A stretch of 9,558 nucleotides of DNA, from positions 1 through 9,558 of the forward strand of contig NW_021827919.1 of assembly GCF_006345805.1 (NCBI RefSeq), given 5' to 3'. This DNA comes from Octopus sinensis (lineage: Eukaryota). Each line of letters opens with the position of its first letter. Position 1 is the stretch's first letter. The notes under the pieces are model-generated. The model was given only the letters and a program-made list of their open reading frames with translations, was not told where the DNA came from and ran no database searches. Below are positions 1 through 7,477 of this stretch, in pieces. A program made the translations under genes and the position numbers.

Positions 1-130
<130 letters not shown>

Positions 131-234
131 AATTAATCAATATAGGGTGGCAAGGACAATTTGTAGAATTTTATTGCCACCTGCGGCCCAGCGGTGAAAA
201 AATTAACTAGTCATAGACCATTTTTAAGTTCAAC

Positions 235-457
235 ATTAACAATTAAGAAACGGCAATAATAGGCCATTCACCCACTAGAAAATAACAGCCAAGCTTCTAC
301 CGCAAATAAAGATCAATTCCGTAAACAGGAGAAAATTAAAAAAAAAATGTTTTTTTAATTTTCTCCTGTTTACGGAATTGATCTTTTATTTGCGGTAGAA
401 GCTTTGGCGTTATTTCTAGTGGTGAATGGCCTATTATGCCGTTCCTTAATTGTTAAT
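235..457. repeat. Long inverted repeat (fold-back) 1, ~110-bp arms
   Basis: 235-344 is the reverse complement of 350-457 (e.g. GATCAATTCCGTAAACAGGAGAAAATT / AATTTTCTCCTGTTTACGGAATTGATC). The arms differ by 1 substitution and about 6 single-base indels, and the spacer is only a few nt. Confidence 0.95.
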
Positions 458-481
458 ATATATATATATATATATAAATAC

Positions 482-738
482 AAACTGGGACAAGAACGCA
501 AAACATTTAGAAGACGATACAAAAAAACCACGACGGGACATTCGAAGCCTTCAATCTTCAGTCAAGAACCGGATCATCCTCGCAATTTCGGCTGATAAAT
601 CTTGATGTACACGTATGTATACGTGTGCGCTTATATATATATATATATCCGACTCTTGACTGAAGATTGAAAGCTTCGAATGTCCCGTCCGTGTTTTTTG
701 TATCGTCTTCTAAATGTTTGGCGTTCTGGTCCCAGTTT
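482..738. repeat. Long inverted repeat (fold-back) 2, ~92-bp arms with ~72-nt spacer
   Basis: 482-574 (AAACTGGGAC...CTTCAGTCAAGAACCGGAT) is inverted at 647-738 (ATCCGACTCTTGACTGAAG...GTCCCAGTTT). The spacer contains a short (TA)n tract. Confidence 0.93.
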
Positions 739-790
739 ATATATATATATATATTATATATATATATATATATATAGATATTATTATTAA

Positions 791-1020
791 AATTAGAGAC
801 AAAACACACTATTATGCAACTCAAACAAAGAAAAACTTAAGCCAATACATAAATAATTTATATAAATTAAATTTAATTAAAATAACCATTACGATCGTTT
901 CGTGTCAGCACTAACGATCGTAGTGGTTATTTTTACTTAAATTTAATTATTATAATTATTTTATGTATTGGCTTAAGTTTTCTTTGTTTGATTTGCATAA
1001 TACTGGTTTTGTCTCTAATT
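791..1020. repeat. Long inverted repeat (fold-back) 3, ~108-bp arms
   Basis: 791-899 (AATTAGAGACAAAAC...ATTACGATCGTT) is inverted at 913-1020 (AACGATCGTAG...GTTTTGTCTCTAATT), with a 13-nt spacer and scattered indels. Confidence 0.92.
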
Positions 1021-1099
1021 AATATTATATAATATTTTACTATAAAATTGGATTCAATCCTAAATTGATTTTCCCTGTAAATTTGGATTTATTCCCTAA

Positions 1100-1140
<41 letters not shown>

Positions 1141-1196
1141 TATATATATTATATATATATATAAAGCAAATATAGATGCCGTTGTGTATTATTGTG

Positions 1197-1227
<31 letters not shown>

Positions 1228-1269
1228 ATATGTATGTATAAGCACACACGTATACATCGTTGTACATGG

Positions 1270-1470
1270 GTTTTTCAGTTTATTTCACTTTCGTACAATT
1301 TCCTTTGTTTTATTTTATTTCTGCTTATTACTATGCATTTATTCCATGTATACTTACAGTTTTATATTCCTTTTATTTTCATTTATATCTTTTATTTTTA
1401 TTTTATATTCTTTATATTTTATTCTTATTTTATTTCATTTTTATCTTATATTTACTTTATTTCTGTTCAT
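1270..1470. repeat. T-rich low-complexity tract (degenerate TTTA/TTTTA)
   Basis: Runs of TTTTA/TTTAT. It produces the spurious Phe/Ile/Tyr-rich ORFs at 1192-1534. Confidence 0.8.
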
Positions 1471-1510
1471 ATGTAAAAAAATCTATATACCTAAAGAAAT
1501 AAATAGGAAA

Positions 1511-1984
<474 letters not shown>

Positions 1985-2693
1985 TATACCAGTACATGTA
2001 ATTGTTGATATACATATTGACATATATATTTATTGCGTGCGCATGTGTGTGTGTATGTATATATATATACATATACACATGTACTTGTATGCATGTACGT
2101 AGGCGCATATGCACACACGCATGTACATAGGTATGAATTTTGTCTCACTTTTACTTTATTTTATTCCATGAACAGAAAATTTATTTTCCTTTACTTTCTT
2201 TTATTCATTATATTAATTTACCCATATATAATATAACCCATGATTAATGATTGTTACTATCGAATTGAAATTTTAAAAAAATGATTTTAACGCATGCGTA
2301 CATACACACACGTATACATACACACGTAGTAAACATATTTATATATTCTGCATATTCCGAAAGTATTCTAATGCAATCCTATTGTCCCCTGAAAACCCTG
2401 ATGATTTTCCCTATAAGGTATTTAAAATACAAAAAGTATATTTTTATATATGTTTAGTAATTTTAAACTTATTTGAGAAATGAAACAATTGTTGGATGAT
2501 ATGCTGATTAAATTTGTATCCATTAGATCTTTTCATTTTCTAACCCAATATAAATGTTTGATATCTTACGATATTCTATATAATATATTCATTGGAGAAT
2601 TATCTCTTCAAAATTTGATATGTCTTGGATAATTACCCCTAGAATAAGTTTGAATATCCTCATTGTGGCTAATATATATATATGTAAGAATGT

Positions 2694-2762
2694 ATACATA
2701 CATACATACATACATACATACATACATACATACATACATACATACATACATACATACATACA

Positions 2763-2798
<36 letters not shown>

Positions 2799-2812
2799 CA
2801 TACACACACACA
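2694..2812. repeat. (TACA)n tetranucleotide microsatellite with TA/CA tail
   Basis: About 24 tandem TACA units. Source of the YVCM/HTYI ORFs at 2589-2926. Confidence 0.97.
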
Positions 2813-2814
2813 CT

Positions 2815-2986
2815 ATTCGCCGGGCAAAATGTCTATCAGTATTTTGCCCGCCGCTACGTTCTGATTTCAAATTCTGTCGAGGCCAACTTTGCCTTTCATC
2901 CTTCCGGAGTCGATGAAATGCACTAGGGTCGATGTGATCGACTTAAGCCCCTCCCTCAAGCTGCCCTTGTAGCAAAAATTTGAAAT

Positions 2987-2990
<4 letters not shown>
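2815..2990 (+). mobile_element. 5'-truncated tRNA-derived SINE (second octopus-type family)
   Basis: B-box-like GATTTCAAATTC (2863-2874), central GCCAACTTTGCCTTTCATCCTTCCGGAGTCGATGAAAT, and 3' end CCCTTGTAGCAAAAATTTGAAATCAAT running into (TA)n. The A box is absent. Confidence 0.8.
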
Positions 2991-3030
<40 letters not shown>

Positions 3031-3267
3031 AGAGGAGGGATATAATATCCAGGCAGATACTGAATTTCTCTGAGTGAAAAGTTTCTTCAGATGGTGCGTG
3101 TTTTAGGTAAACTTCCTTAACTCCTATCCGATATTACAGTTTATTTCTTGACTACTTAAAATGTAAAGTACAATATTGAAAATAAGGAGAATGAAGAATT
3201 TGAACATTCAAATTTTAAGCTCATTTCTGACAATTATTAAGAATAAACTAAATGGAAATAACCATAA

Positions 3268-3404
3268 ACATATATGGATCAGAACGATTTGATTAAAATT
3301 TCGTACTACTTGAAGTTTCAAATGCACTGAGGAGGCTTATCATCAGGTTAGGGAAATTTTAAGTAATACGGAACTTGAATCAAACTATTCTGATCTATAC
3401 ATGT
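3268..3404. repeat. Degenerate inverted repeat 4 (~53-bp arms) carrying hammerhead-like remnants
   Basis: The reverse complement of 3268-3320 (TGAAACTTCAAGTAGTACGAAATTTTAATCAAATCGTTCTGATCCATATATGT) aligns with 3352-3404 (GGAAATTTTAAGTAATACGGAACTTGAATCAAACTATTCTGATCTATACATGT). CTGAGGA lies at 3327-3333. Confidence 0.75.
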
Positions 3405-3516
3405 AACTCCTAGCAAATGTATTGAGTGCCCTTCTTTCGTTTCTCCACTCACTCGTATATATGTATGCTTATGTACATAAATACATGGAAATTATAAATA
3501 TATATATATATATATA

Positions 3517-3663
3517 CCGGAGTAAACACATAAATGTGAAACAAGGTGGAAAAAAGAGTACTCAAATACCAGTGGTAGAGTAATATGCTTTATTTAAAGC
3601 GGCAGAAAATTCAACAAAATCTGTTACTCTGAGTTTCTCGTTGCCGTTCATCAGACAGTTTTT
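3517..3663 (-). mobile_element. Penelope-like element terminal-repeat (pLTR) fragment: HHR, AATAAA, short tail into (TA)n
   Basis: On the minus strand: HHR core, then AATAAA (plus coordinates 3589-3594), then ~70 nt ending at (TA)n. An HHR within a terminal repeat is established for Penelope-like elements. No PLE ORF is present, so the assignment is inferred. Confidence 0.6.
3616..3663 (-). ncRNA. Minimal type I hammerhead ribozyme motif (minus-strand copy)
   Basis: Exact reverse-complement copy of the motif at 3670-3717. Confidence 0.7.
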
Positions 3664-3669
3664 GCTAGA

Positions 3670-3717
3670 AAAAACTGTCTGATGAACGGCAACGAGAAAC
3701 TCAGAGTAACAGATTTT
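3670..3717 (+). ncRNA. Minimal type I hammerhead ribozyme motif
   Basis: Stem I CUGU(3675-78)/ACAG(3709-12), extended by AAAA/UUUU after an A.A mismatch. Core CUGAUGA 3679-85. Short stem II CG-GCAA-CG with an A.A at its base. GAAA 3696-99. Palindromic stem III ACUC-A-GAGU. GUA cleavage triplet 3706-08. Confidence 0.72.
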
Positions 3718-3754
3718 GTTGAATTTTCTGCTGCTTTAAATAAAGTATATATAT

Positions 3755-3802
<48 letters not shown>

Positions 3803-3807
<5 letters not shown>

Positions 3808-3919
3808 GTATACATGCATGTCAGTGCATATGTATGTATGTATTATATGTGTCTGGGTATGTACCTATGTATGTGTGTATATATGTATGTTTATACACAC
3901 ACACATATATGTATATATA
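3803..3919. repeat. Mixed TATG/TG/CA low-complexity microsatellite
   Basis: Degenerate TATG, TG and CA repeats following the (TA)n tract. Confidence 0.85.
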
Positions 3920-4153
3920 CAGTCTGGCCAAAAGTCACTCAACAGTAAATCAAAATTCCACAAATATTTAATATTCAGTTTTATTTATTCATTCCAGTTA
4001 TGAATGTTTTATAATTCAAGTGAGTTAAAATCACCGTTTTATTTTCAACATTTGTCTATTTATTATCTAAGTCCCAGATAAAATAATTCTTTGTTTTAAT
4101 CCTGGAATTAAGTAGTTTTGATTTACTGCCAGGTGATTTTTGGCCTACCTCTT
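3920..4153. mobile_element. Tc1/mariner-type MITE (~235 bp, non-coding)
   Basis: Left end TA|CAGTCTGGCCAAAAGTCACTCAACAGTAAATCAAAA (3920-3955). The right end read inward is AGAGGTAGGCCAAAAATCACCTGGCAGTAAATCAAAA (4152 to 4116), flanked by TA-rich sequence. The CAG...GGCCAAAA start resembles Tc1-family TIRs. Confidence 0.65.
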
Positions 4154-4164
4154 TATATATGTAT

Positions 4165-4864
4165 AACAAGTAAAGTTAGTTATAAATTCTCTATAAGAGA
4201 TGAACGCAGTAGCTGTACTGGCAAGTAATGTTTGTTGCCACTTTAACATGGCTGTTCCGTATGAACAGACTCTACTTCGATATTTTAATCGCAAGAGAAC
4301 ATTTCCTCTAGCTAGTTAACGATGCAACCTACATCCGCAATAGTCTGAAACCAAGCTGGCCTATTGGTCCAGTCGCTAGAAGGTTGCAGGGGTTCGCTCC
4401 TCAACTCACAATATATCAGATGCAGGTCGCATTCTTAACCCGCCTGAAGAAATCTACACTTGGCGTTAAAAAATCGCAGTAACGTCCGTTCATACGGAAC
4501 AGCCATACATGCCTGTACAGTTACTGCGTTCAGGTCTTATAGAGATTTTAGAACTAGCCACTTTGCTTGTTGCAAGGTCAGCAACTGAATGTCGCTCGAA
4601 TTTATATATGTTGCGAACAGAAGCGAGTTACTGTCATCTCTAGCAGACAAGAAGTCCAGCACTGAAGAAGGGCGGAAATAGCCCGAAACCAGACTGATCT
4701 GCTTGTTCTGTTGTAAGAAGGTGGTAGAGTTCGCTCCCCTGCTCGTAATATATCGGATACAGGTTGCATTGTTAATTAGCTAAAAGAAATGTCCTCTTGA
4801 GGTTAAAAAATTGCTGTAATGCCGTTCATACGGAACAGCCATGTTTAAGTGGCGACAAATATTA
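4165..4864. mobile_element. HHR-bearing tandem/inverted repeat cluster (retrozyme-like or Penelope pLTR-derived)
   Basis: Three homologous copies: A (minus, 4165-4344), B (plus, from 4339) and C (plus, 4656-4864). They share GTTCATACGGAACAGCCAT-type blocks and AGAAGG...GTTCGCTCC...AATATATC...CAGGT.GCATT. B and C are offset by ~338 nt. Confidence 0.75.
4656..4705 (+). ncRNA. Type I hammerhead ribozyme motif (slightly degenerate)
   Basis: Stem I AGCA(4658-61)/UGCU(4700-03). Core CUGAAGA 4662-68 plus an extra A. Stem II GGGC/GCCC with loop GGAAAUA. GAAA 4685-88. Stem III ACCAG-A-CUGAU with a C.A mismatch. AUC triplet 4697-99; the homologous copy B reads GCC, implying ancestral GUC. Confidence 0.7.
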
Positions 4865-4865
4865 T

Positions 4866-4868
<3 letters not shown>

Positions 4869-4934
<66 letters not shown>
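4869..4934. repeat. (CA)n microsatellite
   Basis: About 33 pure CA units. Source of the THTHT ORF at 4841-5071. Confidence 0.98.
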
Positions 4935-4936
<2 letters not shown>

Positions 4937-4964
4937 GGTTTGTCAAAAATAACGGGTGCTTCTC

Positions 4965-5740
4965 AATCTCTTGGAAGCATTTTTTCTGAAAAGATTTACA
5001 GCTTGCAACAACATTCACAAAACAATCCTTACAAACGCTTAATGGTAATGATAATATCTATCTTGAAGTAGAAGATTCTAATTGGCCGGTAACGTTGCAT
5101 TTCATTGTGGATATTATAAGTTACTTAAACTTGCCAAGTAAAAATCTTGTAAGGAAAAAGAGAAACTTCTCTTTAATAGTTAGGAGCTTTTCATTTTTAA
5201 GTGAAAATTGACGGAGTTTCAGAATGACACTAAAAAACACCAAATTTTTTTCTTTAATGAAGGAGAAATATCAATATAAGTTATTTACGACAAGCCATTG
5301 AAAGCATGCGAAATCAATTTAGTAAAAGGTTTAGAAATTTTCGAAAAGAAGAAAGTAGCTCTTCCCGCAGCACCATTTTTTGACAGTGAAATATCAGAAA
5401 TAAATCCGTCTGTATCAGCAAAATTTTATCATCTTGGTCTTGAAATGGAAGTAGCCGATAACTGACAAGGATTTGTTGGTATTATAATTTAACAAAAATA
5501 CGAAAAGAATTCAAATGAATCAACCGCCCGAACGTTTCCAAGGCCAGTCATATTGATATTTGATACTTAGAATTGAAGCTCAGATAATTATAAAACAACA
5601 AAATTGGTATTCGGTATTAATACCAAATTTTGTTTCAATATAATCGTATGACGAAATTTTTCGTTGCAAATGAATTTTAAAATATCATTCAAAGTTATCT
5701 GGAATTGTCTATTAACAGCAAAATAACAATCATATTGACT
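4965..5740 (+). mobile_element. Decayed hAT (Buster/SPIN/GTF2IRD2-like) transposase C-terminal half
   Basis: Frameshifted pieces in the expected order: LKRFTAC; EVEDSNWPVTLHFIVDIISYLN (family pattern LEDxxWLxxLxFxVDITxxLN); AIESMRNQFSKRFRNFRKEE (F..RF.EFRKEK); LEMEVAD/TDKDL (LEMELADIADKD). Multiple stops. Confidence 0.75.
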
Positions 5741-7199
5741 AAAAAAAAAAAGTTAAATCCCTGTTGTTTTGTGTGTAGTTTTGTTAATAACAAATGATGA
5801 TGTTCCGCTAGTCTTACTTTTGGTAGTCGCGGTTAAAAATAGTTTTCACTTCCAAAAGTTTCCCGATGTCTGATGACAGGTTTTCTCATTGGTTCGTATG
5901 TTTTAAACTGTTATCTTCTCTGGAGATCAAACTTTTTAGAGACGATAGTTTACTATCAATAAAAATTGCCCATATGCGTCTGCGAATGACAAGAGAGTAG
6001 TAAGTTCTGGCGGCACGAAATATTCTGTTTCTGATTTCGAGTAATTTCGTTCAGGAGTCCTGAGCAAGAACATCAACATGACTTCTTAGAAATGGTAGTT
6101 ATCTGTATGAGATTTGCATCTTAGGATATCATATGTTTAGAAGCAACGAGTGGATCTTGTTAGATGCCTAAGCAATGGATTAAATGTTCAAGTACCCTTC
6201 TCACCTTCTGCATAACAACTCCAAGTCGAATTACTTCACTCGTTTCAGCATATTTATTTACCTGGATAGTTTCTAAAAGCAAACGATTTCTAACAGCCAT
6301 TAAATTACCTGCTGTGTGTCTTGTGTTACACAAAATGTGCCAGAGTAAAGCAGCGTTAAGAACAAGCAAGGCAAGCGATAGTTAGTGGTTATTGAGTACG
6401 CCAATCACAATAATATTTATAAAGGAAACGATTATTCACAATACTCTGCATAATAGTTACCTCTGGAGGAAACAAGGATGCGAAGTTCGCTTTCCAATCA
6501 CAAATTCCCAGATTTGATCACACAGTGTCGGATCATGGTCACATGTCTTTTACTATCGCTTCAGTGAAGCCTTGTGAGGGAAATTGGGTAGACTGAAACT
6601 TTAGAAGCGCGTCGTATGGATTGTTTCGTGAATACCCAGCCAATCGCGAATTCAATGGGCAGGAAATTCACTGGTTCGAACTACTGAGTACTCACCGAAA
6701 TAACTAACTAACGATAATTCGTTTACTTTTTGCGAAGGAAACGGCGGCAAGAATATGTTTGTTACCTTACAGTTCTTACAGAGATAGATTAAAATATAAA
6801 ATTCCCCTACAAATCTGTTTTTGAATGCCATTAAGACTATAAACGTGTATTCATAGTTTTGAAGCAGATTCACCATCCGTCCAAAATAAAGTTGTCTTTC
6901 TTACCAATATGAGAGGCAAATGTGCTATAGCGTGTTAAAAATCGTCGATCAACCGAGGTCATCCAAGCAACTAAAAAACAAAAATCTTTCAGGGTGTGTT
7001 AAAATATGAAAACAACAAATAAGGAAGATATTTCCAATAAAGTTTGTTGATCGATAATTTTGGAATATATAAATAATGGAGATTAGGATGGACCTAGTCT
7101 TTAAAGCCACACGGTGAAAGCAATGGACATGCTTTAGTCTTATTAGACCTTTTTAATTAAAGATATTCTACACACCTGGCAAAGTAAGAGTGATTAATA

Positions 7200-7320
7200 A
7201 GTGTATGTTTGTGTGTATGTGTGTGTGTGCGCGTGTGTATGTATATATGTGCGTACGTACATATATACATACATACATACTGTATGTATGAGAATACATA
7301 CATACATACAAACAAACAAA
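7200..7320. repeat. Mixed TG/TACA/ACAA microsatellite
   Basis: Degenerate TG, TACA and ACAA repeats. Confidence 0.85.
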
Positions 7321-7425
7321 AATACTCTGTTATTGATGTTGAAATTCCAATGAAGGAACCTTGGATCTAGGTTAGAAACCGGTTCCTTCTCTATTGGCAA
7401 GAAATCTTGAAAGAAACTGAATAAT

Positions 7426-7445
7426 GACATACATACATACATACA

Positions 7446-7475
<30 letters not shown>
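7426..7475. repeat. (CATA)n microsatellite
   Basis: About 11 tandem CATA units. Confidence 0.95.

Positions 7476-7477
<2 letters not shown>

Larger units (their letters stand above)
3588..3745. repeat. Near-perfect inverted repeat 5, 76-bp arms, 6-nt loop
   Basis: 3588-3663 pairs with 3670-3745 with one mismatch (GCGGCAG vs GCAGCAG). The spacer is GCTAGA. Confidence 0.97.

Noticed and set aside
146-200. GGTGGCAA/TTGCCACC 8-bp hairpin and CCTGCGGCCCAGCGG (hAT-end-like)
   Set aside because: Too short, and no partner terminus found in the window.
657-700. CTGAAGA...TTCGAATGTCCCGTC in fold-back 2 as a hammerhead
   Set aside because: GAAT instead of GAAA, no closable stem II and no stem I pairing in either arm.
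2398-2430. CTGATGA at 2398-2404 as a hammerhead core
   Set aside because: No downstream stem II/GAAA/NUH. At most a truncated remnant. The same applies to CTGATGA at 5869-5875 and on the minus strand near 8553-8560.
3055-3095. Minus-strand CTGAAGA...GAAATTCAGTA hammerhead-like spacing
   Set aside because: Stems I and II do not pair; likely chance.
4228-4864. Outer inverted ends 4228-4270 / 4822-4864 as TIRs of a DNA transposon
   Set aside because: The homology extends well beyond and includes a third, direct copy and HHR motifs, so it is a tandem/inverted repeat rather than TIRs.
4933-4960. CAGGGGTTTGTCAAAAATAACGGG as a transposon TIR
   Set aside because: It resembles Tc1 or hAT ends, but no matching inverted end was found and the adjacent transposase fragment starts mid-ORF.
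6423-6706. Plus-strand ~95-codon frame with one TGA, plus several in-frame TGAs on the minus strand suggesting TGA recoding
   Set aside because: The region is better explained as antisense of the decayed LINE RT. TAA/TAG stops and frameshifts also occur, so there is no evidence for a variant code or selenocysteine.
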